Below are positions 22,885 through 35,665 of a stretch of 64,000 nt of DNA, piece by piece (within the stretch, counting starts at the first letter, position 1; every line of letters starts with the position of its first letter). The stretch comes from Diplonema japonicum (Eukaryota > Protista > Euglenozoa: Diplonemea), in contig OZ025701.1 in NCBI GenBank assembly GCA_964019335.1, forward strand, positions 458,716 to 522,715. The letters are read 5' to 3'. A program made the translations under genes and the position numbers. Under the pieces are notes generated by a model. That model worked only from the letters and a program-made list of their open reading frames with translations, did not search any database and had not been told where the DNA came from.

Positions 22885-23939
22885 ACAGGGGGGGGGGGGG
22901 GGGGGGCTTTTTGTAATTAATAATTAAAGAAACGAAAAACTAGCCGGCTCTGCCCGAGGGAAAGGAGGTTTTTCAAAAAAAAAGTGTTTTTTTTTTCCCT
23001 TAACCGTTATTTTTTTTTTGGTTGGAATTTTTGGGGAAGCTTTTATTCCCCCCCCCAAAAAAAAAAGAGTCAGAGCGCAGAACAACTGACAGGGGGACAG
23101 GGGGGGTTTTTTTTTCTCTTTTTTTTCAAAAAAAGAGAGGAGGGCTTGCGAAAGAAATTTGCGCTGGGTGCCCAAGAGGGGTAGTGGGGGGAGAGTGGTA
23201 GGGGGTAGCAAGGTGTAGCAAAATCAAAGGGGGAAAAAAAAAAATAACAATAAAAATAATAATAAAAAATACTTGCAACCTAAAAATAATTTTTTTTTCT
23301 TTTTTTTTTGGATCGGAACGGTGATATTCGAGAGCTTCCCTTGCGGGTCTCTTTCAATTACCAGAACTACTACTCACTTGGGTTTGGCCGCTAGTAGTAA
23401 TGAAGGTTATGTTTTGAATTTTCGAAGCGAAGGTGAAGTGGGTCCCTTCTGGCTTTTTTTTTCCCACTTACTGAAAAAACCCATCCTAAAAAAAAAAAAA
23501 AAATCTTAAATGTTTATTTTAATAGGTTGCAAGGCAGGAAAAAGCCATTCCACAATTTTTAGTAGCCCATTGAAACAAGGGGGGGGGGGGGGGGGGGGAG
23601 GAACAATTATTGAAAAAAAAACAGTGGCGAGGGGGGTGCAAAAAAAATGAAAGCGATGTTTGAAGAGACAAGCGCCACTGAGGGACCAATCTTTTATGTC
23701 TGGAAAAAAAAAAATGAAAAATAAAAATCCACAAGTTTCTTTTTTTTTTAATATTATTATTAGACAATAATAGCACTTTGTTGTTGTTGTTGTTTAGGTA
23801 GACCTTTGTTGAGGGGGAAAAAAAAAGAAGAAGAAGAAAAAAAAAGACTTAATTGAAAGAATTAAGTCACAGTAAAAGCAAGTTAAAGGGAGGGGAAAAA
23901 AAGGAAAGAAAAAAAAAATCAAAACAAAGAAAAGGAGAG

Positions 23940-23970
<31 letters not shown>

Positions 23971-24861
23971 GCTTTAGAATAAAAAAAAAGCGTGAGTTTT
24001 GTTCTCAAAGCAGGAACCATTAGGACTTTATTCCTCCTATCAGATTTTTTTAAAGGGGGGGGTTTTTTTTTTCTCTTTTTTTCATTTTTTTTTCTTTTAA
24101 CAAAGCCAGCACGAGGGCTCAGTAAAAAAAAAAGAAATTGAGGGGGTGGAAAAAAAAAGGGGGGGGGGGAAATACTTCGCAAGGGAAAAGGGAGAGAAAG
24201 GAAGGGAATTGGGTGGCCAAAAAAAAAAAAAAAAAAAAAAAAAAAGAAGAAATAAACAAATAAGATGATTTTTTTTTTTCTCTATTCCATCTTTATGCCT
24301 TGCGGAAACAATGCTAAGTACTAATTTTTCTCACGATTTCTAGGGGGTGCAACCCCCTAAACCGAGGAGAAATGTTTTAAAGAAAAAAAAGCACCTCTTA
24401 TCTCTTTAATTGAAATAAAATTCATCATTCGTTGTGAATAAAGTGAAATAAGTTACTTTTTTTTAAGGGGGTAAATAAATATATATTGCAAACCCGCAAA
24501 AAAGGGGGATAAGTAGTTTCTTCACTCGGCAGAAAATAGGGACACAAAAAAGAAACCAAAAGAGGAGGAGGAGGAGGAGGAAGAGGAAGAGGAAGAGGAG
24601 GGGGGATAACTGAGAGATTATTTTTCCGGGGCACAAAAAAATAACGAAATCTACAGCAAGTACGAATAAAATAAACAAAAAGAAATCTGTGCTTTGTCGC
24701 TATTTCTGCAGTACTTCCCTAGCTCTGACTCAAAATATCACCCCATTTTGTTTTCGCTTTTTTTTTTTTTTTTTTTTTTTTCCCTCTCTTTTTTTTTCTC
24801 TTTTTTTTTTCTCTCTGAGCACTTTTTCTTCTTCTTTTTTTTTTTCTTTTTTTATGGCTGC

Positions 24862-24907
<46 letters not shown>

Positions 24908-26143
24908 AAATTGGGAGAAAATGAAAATATTTCACAATTTTGAAACGGGAAAAAAAAACAGGGGGGGGACAGCATTGTAGCATTTTATGTATCGTGTTTT
25001 TCTTTTTTGCTTTCACTTATTCTTTTTTTTTTTGAAGAGGGTCAGGCTGTGAAATAAGTAGTAATACACCGACTCGTTGAATTGTGTGGTTTTTCTTTTT
25101 TTTTTTCTCTTCTTTTTCTTCTTCTTCTTCTTTTTGCCTTCTTCTTCTAAGGAGCGTAAGGGAATCACTTTGCAATACAGAATAACTAAAGCAAAGGCCA
25201 CTTTTTTTTTTTCTTCAGTATATGTATCCTATTTTGTGTATTTTCTTTTTTTTTTTTTTTTTTTTCCTCCCTCTTTTTTTCTTTGTGGGGAATCGAAGAA
25301 GTGCCGTGCTGAATGCTGTAATATAATACTTTATCCTTCGGCGTGCGAGAGGCCTGGCTCAGGCACCTTGGACACTGCTTTTCGTGCCCCTACCACCGAG
25401 AAAAACGCCAAAAAAAAGAAGAAAAAAAAAAAGAAATAGATCTGACAAAAAGAAACTGAGCAGCTTGAAGAAGAACGCGAGTAGAATAGACTTTGGTGCA
25501 TGTCAGTGACCCCGCTCAGGCAGCAGTTTCCTTGAGTAAACCCGGACACCCAAGAGTACCAAGATTCTGCTGATGGGCAGTTTGACAAAAAAAAAAAAAA
25601 AAAAAAAAATCACAAGAAATAAAAAGGGGGGGAAACGTTGATCCGTGATAGTCCAGCCATATACCAGGAATAGAGCGAGGGTGAAGGAGTTTTCAGTATA
25701 TTTTTTTCCTTTTTTTTTTTTTCTTTTTTTTTTTTTTCTTGGAGTACCACAACGTGCAAGACAACGGCAGTCCTCCCCCCTCTCCCCCTTTCGTCTCTAC
25801 TCCCGACGTGCTTTTTCTTCTTCTTTCTTTCGGGCTAGACTTTTTTTTTTCTTCTTTTGTTCCCCCCTTCTCTTATTATATTTTCTTTACAGCTACTAGC
25901 ATCATGTGTCGGGGGGGGGGGGGGGGGGGGGAAGCATCAGAGAAAAAAAAAGTGGGAACCCCCCTTTTTCCCTTTCCCTTTCTTGAACCCATGGTACGTG
26001 GTAATTGATCAGGCAGCAAGAAAGAAAGAGGGAAAGCCGTGGGAAGGGAGGGGGACTCGGTTGGCATGCAGCACCGCAGCAAGAGGGGAAGAAAATGCTG
26101 AGCGGAAGATGTACACTGCAGGCCAAGAGAAAAAAAAAAAGGC

Positions 26144-26204
<61 letters not shown>

Positions 26205-27268
26205 CTGCACAGAATCAACCAGCTGCGATGCCAACCAACACCCGATGTGCCGATAACAACAAAAGAGAAGAGAGTTTAAAAAAAAAAAGAAAAAAACCGC
26301 AAAAAGAACAAAGCGTGGACTTCTGTGTCCTATGACTTCCAATAAAAAACAAGCATGGCAGAAAAAAAGGGGGGGGAGAAACCTGAAACCAAGACCCGCA
26401 GAAGAAAGAAAAAAAGGGGGGGGGGAAGAAGTGACCGTCCTTTATTTTATTCATCTTTATTAATATCATCTTCTTCCCCCCCCTCTTCTCCACTCCTTTT
26501 TTTTTTTTTCCCCGGGTGTGCGTGTGCGAAGTGGGAGAATGAAAAAGAAAAGTCTATTTTCCCCCGATTTCTTTTTTTCAAATTGTGGTTAAATTCATGG
26601 TTTTTTTTTGGGGGGGGGCAGGAAAGGAATATTCTTCCTTCCTTTCGAGATAAAAAAAGGGGGATGGCAGGCCAACCAACATGCATAAAAAATGAATCGC
26701 TGAACAACGCAAAGAGAGCCAAAGGAAGGAGAGAGCTAAGTAAGCCTTAGTAACTTAAAAAGAGCAGGAATGAAAAAAAAGGGGGGGGGAGGGTGCCCTA
26801 TATTCATCAGGCCGATCGCACCAGCCCGGCTTAAAGAAAAGCCATTACAATTCACTTGGCTGCAATCATTCATATCATGAATCTAATGTGAAAAGAAAAG
26901 GGCTGGGAGAAAGGTGGTCGATGGTTTAAAAAAAAAATTAAAGGAACGAGATGTTCGTCCTTTTTTTTTCTTTTGCACATGGGGATGGGGACGGGGATGG
27001 GGGTAAGTGTTGAGACCTTAACAAATATAAAGGAGGGGGGCAAATTGGCCATGGGGTTAAGGAAAGAAAAGAGGCGAGAAAACTTCTTGCGAGCCTTCCG
27101 TAGGAGTAAGAGACACATGATGCTTAAAGAAAGGGGGAGGAGGGAAGGGGGTTTTCTTTATTATTATTATTATTATTATTATTTTTTTTTTTTTTTTTTT
27201 TTTTTTGCTTCTGCACTCGATCGTGCCAAAAATCTTTTACACAAACAGGAGAGGATAAATGAACTGGG

Positions 27269-27314
<46 letters not shown>

Positions 27315-28819
27315 ACAGAAATAGTACTTAGCCTAAATTGGGAGGAAATCAAAAAGAAATCAAAAAGAAATCAAAGAATTATTACTGGGGGGAAGGGAAC
27401 GGGGGGGGGAGGGGGCAACTGAGCCGAATGACGTTTCCAACAGTGTTCTTTTTACAAAGGAACCCATAAGATGAGTTGATATAAAGCATGCGTGCAAAGG
27501 CAAACAAAAGCCGCCACACGTACAAAGAAAAAAAAAAGAAGAAAGAAAAAAACACTCGTCTTAGTTGCCCCTCCCCCCCTTTTTTTTCGGGGAGAAAAAA
27601 CAAATTTTGTCGCTTTTTTTCCCCCCCCCCCTTTCTTTTTCTTTTTCTAACTATTTTGTACCTTCTTCACAAAGCACGTGAAAAGCGAGAGTACACCTTG
27701 CTGTTCGCACTGCAGAGCGAAGGAGGGGAAGGAGGGGTTTGGAAAAAAAAAAGTAGAATTCAAGAAAAAGATATACTGGGGGGGAAGACGGCAAATATTC
27801 GATTTGTTAACCTCAAGGTGCCACAAGCCAGTCGGCCCCAAAGTGCAATCAAACGATTTGCTTGGAGTGAGCTTCTGGCTTGTGCGGCGCCACCTCTCAG
27901 CACATGGTGTGCCTGGTCCCCGTTTCCTCGCGGTAGGGTGGGGGGGCATTTTTTCCCATCCATGTAACCCTTGTTTTGAAAGGTCACGTCAGTGCCATCT
28001 CGTCACCCTGACACAAACTTCCCTGAATGACTCGCTTCAAGGGAGGTGTCGTAAAGCACCTAGACCCCGGCCAAAGGTCTTGCTGCCCCATTTAGAAAAA
28101 AAAAAAAATATAAAGTGAAGGTATGCTTCTTCAAAGCACATTTAACAATATAAAAAAATAAATAAATAAAAAATAAAAACAGATAGGTATAAAAGAATGA
28201 AATAAAATAAAATAAAGAAAGCCCCCTCCCTAGATGCGAGGGGGATTAAGTTAAACAAAGGAGTTTTTTTTTTTTTCTTTTCTTTTTTTTCTTTTTTTTT
28301 AAGAATTATTGTGACTGTGTAAATCAGGAAAGGAAAAAAAAGGGGGGGGGAGTTTTGTGGAATAATGCGTTTCGAAAAGCTGGAGGAAATTGGTATTGAA
28401 CTATCCAAAACAAGCATCAAAAAAAAGGGGGAGGGGGAATGGTGCAGAGTATTTAAAAAAGGAAAAAAAAATCTTATTTTTCTTCTTTTTTTTTCTTGTG
28501 GTGGATTTTTACTTTTTTTTTTTTCTTATAGATGGATAGTGCAATTCAACGACCACCCGAAAGGGCTCCAGGCTTTATTAAGCTCTAGAAATGCGGGTTT
28601 TTGGAGGCCGGTCAAATATTTGCTTTAAAAAACTTTCAGAGGTGTCCTTTAGGACTTAGACCAAAGACGAAGGGAGGTACTAGTGCCACACTGGCAAGCA
28701 TCTCGTTGATGCTACTTCTTGCTCACACGCAGGCCAAGGGTCCATTGTGCTGTGAGGAAGATAAGTTTAGAGTCACAACGAGGTACGGTCTCCCCTTCCG
28801 AGGGGCCTTCATTGCCAGT

Positions 28820-29479
28820 TTAAAAAAGCTGTTCTTGTGTTTTAAAGCGCAGTGCCCTGACTGCGTTGGCGCTGGACCCCGACACCTTGTCGTCCGTGGC
28901 CTCAATGTAGCGATACATGCGGTGGTACTGTGACACTGTGACTGTGACCTCCCAGTCAAGCGCCTCGAGGAAGGCACGCTCCAACCTGTTGATGGAGGCA
29001 AGGCTCACGTCGCCGACTGTTGCATAGAAGGTGTTGCTGTAAAAGGAGTCGGTGGTCGTCTTGATAGCCACCACCAGTGACGCCAGCAGCAGGCGGTGGA
29101 TGTTCTGCTGGTTAGGAGCTGTCCCTGTCCTGTCGAAGTACCTTGTCAGCAGTTCCATCCACCCCATGAAGATTGGGACTGTGATCTTCGCCCCTCTGTA
29201 CAGCCTCCTTATGTACCCCCCTGCTCCTAGCCGTGTGGTGGTGCCCCTGGGAAGGTTGAACACTGACTCCTCCTCATCCCAGTAGATCGTCTCGTCCAGT
29301 TTGTCGTCAAGCATAGCCCCTGCCTTCTCCACAACATGCGGGACTTGTTTCTTGTTTTGCTGCCCTTCCAGCGACGACCCGCTACCGTGTCGTGACAGGC
29401 TGGAGCCGCTGCCCTCCCTTCGCAGCCTAGCAGCATCCATGCTTCCTCTGCGCTGCCTTGTCGTCTCGATGATGCTCAT
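28820..29479 (-). CDS. PHO80/PREG-like (CYC2-type) cyclin
   Basis: GYIRRL, NIHRLLLASLVVAIKTTTDSFYSNTFYATVGDVSLASINRLERAFLEALDWEV. Confidence 0.92.
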   Translation of the reverse strand: MSIIETTRQRRGSMDAARLRREGSGSSLSRHGSGSSLEGQQNKKQVPHVVEKAGAMLDDKLDETIYWDEEESVFNLPRGTTTRLGAGGYIRRLYRGAKITVPIFMGWMELLTRYFDRTGTAPNQQNIHRLLLASLVVAIKTTTDSFYSNTFYATVGDVSLASINRLERAFLEALDWEVTVTVSQYHRMYRYIEATDDKVSGSSANAVRALRFKTQEQLF

Positions 29480-29551
29480 GTTTCTAGTGTAGCTGTGCGG
29501 CGTGAGTTGAGGTAACTAAGTATTGCTTTGTTAGAATGACTGGAACTGGAA

Positions 29552-30692
29552 CTAATCGTTTTCGCTGCGCCCCCTCGCCGGTTCCCCGTCGTCGTCGTTC
29601 CCGCCCTCAGCCCCAGCCCCAGCCTCTGCCTCAGCCCCATCCCCAGCTCGTTGGTTTTCTTGTGTTGTATCTTGCTGGTTTTCTTTTTCTGTTGTGCCTT
29701 CTCCTTTCTCTCCTCCCTCTTGCTCGTCTTCGTCCTTGTCTGTCTCGCCTGTTTCCCCTTCTTGCTGTTTTCCCTTAGCTGTCTTCGTGTAGACTGATGT
29801 TATCGGTGCGTTCCAAGCCTCGAGCACCTCCACCTGTGTGATGTGGTGTTGTTGTTGTTTTTTCTTTTTTTTTTTTTGTGCTACACACCTGCTCGATGAA
29901 CCTGTCGATATCCTCTTTGGTAGGCTCCCCTCCGTTAGAGCAGATAAGCTCAGGCACCTGTATTGTGGGTGGTGTAGCGTTGTGCACACCTCCTCTTCTT
30001 CTTCAAGCTGCCGCGTGACGTGCTCCATGACAACGTTGTCGATCTGCCTGTTGATCCACAGCTGCTCGTCGTCGGTGAGGGCGGGGTCCCGTTCTTCGAC
30101 TTCGGTGGTTTCCTTTTGCACCATGCCGCTGCGGTAGGAGGGCACGGTGGGGGGACAGGGGCGTGTCCAATGCTGCTCAGTGGCGTACTCGTAGTAAGGG
30201 GACATGGCCTGCATGTTCTGCTCCATCCATTCGTCTGGAAGGTCAGGCATGGACGGGATGTCAGGTCGGTACTGCCGCAGGTCGTACTGTTATGTTTGTG
30301 TTACATGCACAGCACCATACCTCAGGCCCGTAGACCTCCATGTACGACTCGCACGACAGGTTGTGGTGGTGGTACATCATAGCAAAGTGATGTGCCATAG
30401 CCTGGTAGTGGTACCTTGTCATCTCCCCGTGATGCTTCACCGCTTCCTCGGGGTCCTCTGGGGCCTCTCTCTGTTCTACTTCAGCCGCCTGTATTCTGGT
30501 CTGCCTCTCCCTCTCTCTGGTGGCATTCTCTTGCTGTTGTCGTTGTTCTTGTTGAAGTTTAACAAATAAGTCTGAGCTCTGGTTTCGCTTGCTCTTCGGA
30601 GTCAGCACCGGCAGTGGTCGGTCACCGCTCTTCGCCGCCCACGGAGGGGGGCCACCCGCCCAACCCTTGCTCGCCTTCTTGTCACCGCTCAT
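29552..30692 (-). CDS. Hypothetical low-complexity protein, 4 exons, 339 aa
   Basis: Exons 30692-30321, 30286-29990, 29957-29889, 29833-29552 join in frame (1020 nt); introns 34, 32, 55 nt. Confidence 0.75.
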
Positions 30693-32741
30693 TATGAGCG
30701 AGAGGTTATTCTACGCCGCGGGTCCTTACCTCCTGCGATACATATGTTGGGTAAAGGGTAGAGGTGGGAAGAAGAAGAAAAAGAGAAATGAAAAGAAAAA
30801 CAAATAAACAAACAAATGAGAATAATAAGAGTGAAAAAAAGTTGGGCGGGGGGAGGGGTGGAAAGGGGTAAAGATGGGTTGAATGGGAAAAGGGGGAGGG
30901 GGGACAGTGTTCAATTGGGGGGCGGGGGGGGGGGGGGGGGGGGAGCAAAGAAGTGTCAATATTTGGAATTTCGTCTTCTTCTTTAATTCCCTTCTCCTCA
31001 TTACCTGGTAGTTCGGAGCCAAAAAAAAAAGAGGGTGTCCAATTAGGGGGCCTTTATTTTTACTTTTTTCGCGAAGAACCATATCCCAAAGAACGGTCCC
31101 GAGTGGTGGGTGGGGGTGTAAAAAGAAGAGGGAGGGGGAGGGGGAGAGCAGACATGCACCATGTGCTATCTCTGTTCTTTTCCTGTTTTATTATATATAT
31201 ATATATTTTTAGTACACCCTTCTTTTTTTTTTCTCCCCCACTTTCCAGGGAACTCGTAACTTAACAGCCCCTAACGATTGGACCGCAGCACCTGCACGTC
31301 TCCACCCATCATGAGAACGCAAGGGGCAAGGGACAGGGGGCACAAGTTGCATAGGATCTTCACAAACAATCTTTCACCCCCACCCCCCTCCCGAGTGCAG
31401 TGAAGTAATTTCGAGAAGAGTGAAATAAAGCTACTTATTTTTTACTCGTTGTGTCCCCCCCCCCCCCCCCCCCTGCTCGTGTTAGGCAATAAATAGCTTT
31501 TTTCCCCTCTTTTTTTTCTCCTCTTTTCGTTTCATACTATAACCCTCTTACTTCTTCCCAGAAAGAACCCTAAAAAAAGAAATACACGGGACAACTGCCC
31601 CCCCCCCCCCCCCCCCCCCCGTCCTTTTCCAGACGCGGTCTTTTTAATTGCTAGCTTTTTTTTCCTATCCTCCAATAACAAAAAAAGAACCAAAACGTTC
31701 CGTGGTGAAAAGAAAAAGAGGGGGTGGGGTGGGTGCATGTGACCTGTACACCTTTCATAGGGAAATAAGCTGGCTTCAGTATAGTTCTTTCTTTCTTTTT
31801 TTTCTCTATTTCTTTCCACCAAAACAAAACAGATGGGGGGGGGGGGGGAGGTTTTCCTAATTTGTTTTCTTTTACTTTTTTGTATTCCCTGAAAATCTGT
31901 CTGGAGAACGGTAGTGAGGGAAGGCGAAAGAAAATGTAAACGGGGAGGGAGGGGTGACCCAAACGAGAAAAAAATGGGGGGGGTTGGATGGGCACTAACT
32001 TCTTTCGTCCCAGGCACATCAAATCTGTAGACGTTCACCAAACTGCAATGGACAGAGGGGAGGGGGGACACAGACCACTGTACCTTTAGCAACACATAAG
32101 GAGGCAAGGGGAAGAAAAAAAAATCTGCAGTTAACATGAGGAAAGCCTTAGTCGACAGGAACAGCTCTGCTCAGAGGAAATATAAAAAGGGGGGTCTTTC
32201 ATTGCAAGTTTCTTCTTCTTCTTCTTATTTTTTTTTCTAATTTGGGCCTTTCTAGAGAGAGAGAAAGTGTTGGGGAGGGGGGAAAGAAGGTAGTAATGCT
32301 ATGTCTATTTATTTCATATGGTCTCTACAACCTTTACATGTAAGAGGTGGGAAGAGTTACCTTAGTCCAGTTTACTACTGTTTCTTTTTTTTCACGGATA
32401 CTGAGCCGAGGTGACTATAAAGGGCTCCTGAAGCGCACGGAAAAGGGAGGAGAAAAAGTGAGTGGGGGGGGGGGGGGGGGGGGAGGGGGGGTGCCTTCCT
32501 TTTCCCCTTTTAAAAAAGAAAATCATTCATACAAACCCAAAAAAAAACCTTTACCAATGAACCAAAAGTTCTAAAATAAAAAATTGGGGGGGGGGCGAAG
32601 AACAGAGGAGAGGAGAAAAATTCTTTCGGTTTACTAAAATGACCTGAATTAGAGGACAGGGAGGGGGGAACAAAGTTTCACTATGATTGGGTCCAAGAGA
32701 AAAAAAATGAAACTTTTTTTTTTTTTTTCCTTCACAACCTC

Positions 32742-33357
32742 CTAGCTTTCCATCCACTTGTCTGCAAGGAGCTCGGTGCACGAGGGTCGTTTGATAGGGT
32801 TGCGTTCGAAACACTTTATGGTTTTTTTTTTTTCTTTTTTTCTTTTTTTTTTCCCCTTTCATACTCGAATCAAGAAGTTCCGTATCTGCTTCTGCAGGTC
32901 AGATGGAAGAGGAGGCGGTTCGGTAGACTGTGCGATGTGGAAGATAGCAGCCCACATGTTCTCATGCTGACTAGACCAGGGCGGGCTGCCTGTGACCATC
33001 TCCACTATGGTGCAGCCCACGCTCCACACGTCGACCTTCGTGTCGTAGGCACCATCATCACACGCTGTGATGACCTCAGGTGCCATCCAGTACGGGGTGC
33101 CGACCATCGTGGTGCACCCGTGTGTCCTGCTGACCATGTCATCAATGCACTTCGACGTTCCGAAGTCCGCAATAGCGCAGTCTCCGCTCGTGTCGATGAG
33201 GACGTTCGCTCCCTTCACGTCTGCAGTGCGTTGATGGTTCTTCCATCTTCATACCTCTGTGCACTACTTTCCTCGAGTGCAGATACTCCAGCCCCCAGAG
33301 AAGTTGCCTTGAGTATTTCTTTACCAGATCCTCTGGCAGCTTGCCGTTATGTTTCGC

Positions 33358-33393
<36 letters not shown>

Positions 33394-35665
33394 TTGCTGC
33401 TTCCCCAGGGGTTAAAAAAAAAAAAAAGAAAATTATTCCCAACATACGTCAGCGAAGCGATTGACCCGCCCGTCATGAGCTGCAGGAAGATCTCTACCTG
33501 TCCCTGCCCCTCGTCGTACAAGCACCCGTAGTACTTCACGATGTGCGGGTGCTCCAGCTGTTCGATGAACCGGATCTCGCGGATCAGCTGGTGCAGCTCG
33601 GCAGGTGCACCGCCTTTCCCGAGGTTTACAATTTTCACCTGTTGTGTTGCTGTGGTTGTTGTGATTGCCATACCGCAGTGTCCATCCCATCAGTAAGAGT
33701 CCCCTTGTACACCATCCCGAAGCTGCCGCGACCAAGGAGCGCACCCTTTTTCCACCCCTTGAGCCGGTTCCTATGGGTGTTGATTGTGTTGTGCAAACAC
33801 ACCTGTTGGCAGACTCGAGGTCCTTGGGGCCCAAGGACTCGAGATCTTCTTGGCTATCGAAGTAGACGGGGTTGTCGTGGTCAGTGTTCGAAGAACTCTC
33901 GCCCTCTGGCCAGCTGTTGCTGCTCGATGTGGGCAAAGGGTCGGTGTTGGTGCGTGGCGGCGTGATAACAGGCCTGGGTGTTGTAGGTGTTGTTGTTGTT
34001 GCTGACTTGACGCTGTTCTGGCGGCCGTTGGAAGAGAAGGAGGGGAAGGAGCTTTTAGGGGGGTCGGTGTAGGGATGCTGCTTGGAGGTACTTTGCGTAG
34101 GTGTGGTGACAAGCGATGAGATGTCTTTCTTGGTGCTCGCTACCTGCTTCCTGACGTCCAGCATCCTCGCCTTGATGGGGCCCTTTGTGACCCTAATGCT
34201 GCCCCTCCCCGACCTCATTGTTGATGAGTGTTTATCCTTCTGTGTGCCTGTGAAGAATTCCGGACTCGACAGCCTGTCAGCCCAGGGGGTACCCTTTGTA
34301 CCTTTCCCCACACTTTGCAGGATAACACCAGAAGGGCCTGACAAGACCGGTGTCTCGCCTGTGCTGTTCTGGAAGGTGCTGTTCGCGGTGCCTGCTATGA
34401 TCCACATCTGGTCCATGAAGTCCTCTTGGCTTGTGATGGGTTTCCCGTTGAAGTGCCACAGCTTGCCCACCTCGCACCCGCCTGCTGCATCGTTGCCTTG
34501 CCGGTAAATGCTTGCCTTGTTGTTGTTCCACCCTAGCGCACGTGTGATCACGTTGTGCACAATCTGCATGTCTCGTATCTCCTTCGGCTTCAGGGCAATC
34601 ACCTTGTACAGCAGGTGACCCCTCTCGTCCTTGATTCTACCGTTGTCAAATACTTTTACAAGTAGGCTCTTATCCGTGGCAGCATCACTGCCCTGGTACC
34701 CTTTCCGTACGAAATCGTTCAGTTGGCTTGGCCGGCGTCCCGAGACTGTAGTGTTATTCGTGTGAACGTGAGCACCATACCTGCTGCTCGCTTGCTGTTG
34801 TCCGGCCTCTGGTCAGGCATGAAGAATGTCGACACCCTGGCAGGACTGCGTGTGCTGAAAGCTCTTGTGGTGGTCTGGCTCCTGTTGAGCCTCGTCGTGG
34901 CCATGCTGTCGCAGCTGCCGTCAAGGTTCTCAGAGCAGCTAGAGGGTGTGCCTAGGATCTTGGACGTGTCTGAGATCAACTGCAAGGAGCTGGTTCTCGA
35001 ATGCCCCGCACGCGGGGACTTCCTTCCAGAAGGGACGTCCTCGATGGAAGACAGGCCCCAGCTGCGTGACAGCTTTGTCTCGCTCTTGCCCGGTTGCGGA
35101 TCGTCCTCGGAGAGAGTTGACAGGTTAAGCCTGTGTGTGGAGGACTTAGGCCTGTTCGACATGGTGGGGCTTGCAACAGGTGATACACCTGAGTAGTTGC
35201 TTTGGGGAGCTGTGGACGGAGGTGTGGTAGCTTGGGCTGTTTCCCTTTCTTTTAGTTTCAGCATTAGCTTTTTTCGGTGACCCGGTTTCATGTCCAGCTC
35301 GCTCTCCAGCTCAGGTTCTTGTATCATCCCCAGCAGGGAGAGGCTGTCGATGCCTGCGCAGGTCACCCGCTCGTAGTACTCGGACAGGGCCTCCTCCTTG
35401 TCAAAGAAGCTCTTCAGGTCTTCCTTCGAGGGTAGGGGCACTGCACTGAGGCCTTTTTGCGCTGCTGTGAGCATCTTGACCCGTTCCCCGAGCACCTCAA
35501 TACCCAAACCCTTGAGCTCATGTTGGGAGAATGCCCCCAGTGTGGGCGCATCATCCACTCCTTGTGCTGTAAGAATGCTTATTCGATGCGAGAGGCCGAT
35601 CCTGTGGCAGTGTGTGTGTGCGTGATGTGGTGGTCATACCGCCTCATAAGTGTTTCTAGAGACAT
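32742..35665 (-). CDS. STE11/MAP3K-like protein kinase with two SAM domains and a doublecortin-like domain, 8 exons, 869 aa
   Basis: Exons 35665-35640, 35601-34781, 34745-33803, 33770-33674, 33638-33448, 33358-33255, 33220-32865, 32813-32742 (2610 nt). Splicing restores WKKGALLGRGSFGMVY, AVK, HRDVKGAN, DFG, GTPYWMAPE and DVWSVGCTIVEM. Confidence 0.92.

Noticed and set aside
21450-28800. Hidden genes or tRNAs in the 7-kb spacer
   Set aside because: The complex-sequence islands gave no spliceable frame or tRNA boxes by eye; a gap also interrupts the region.
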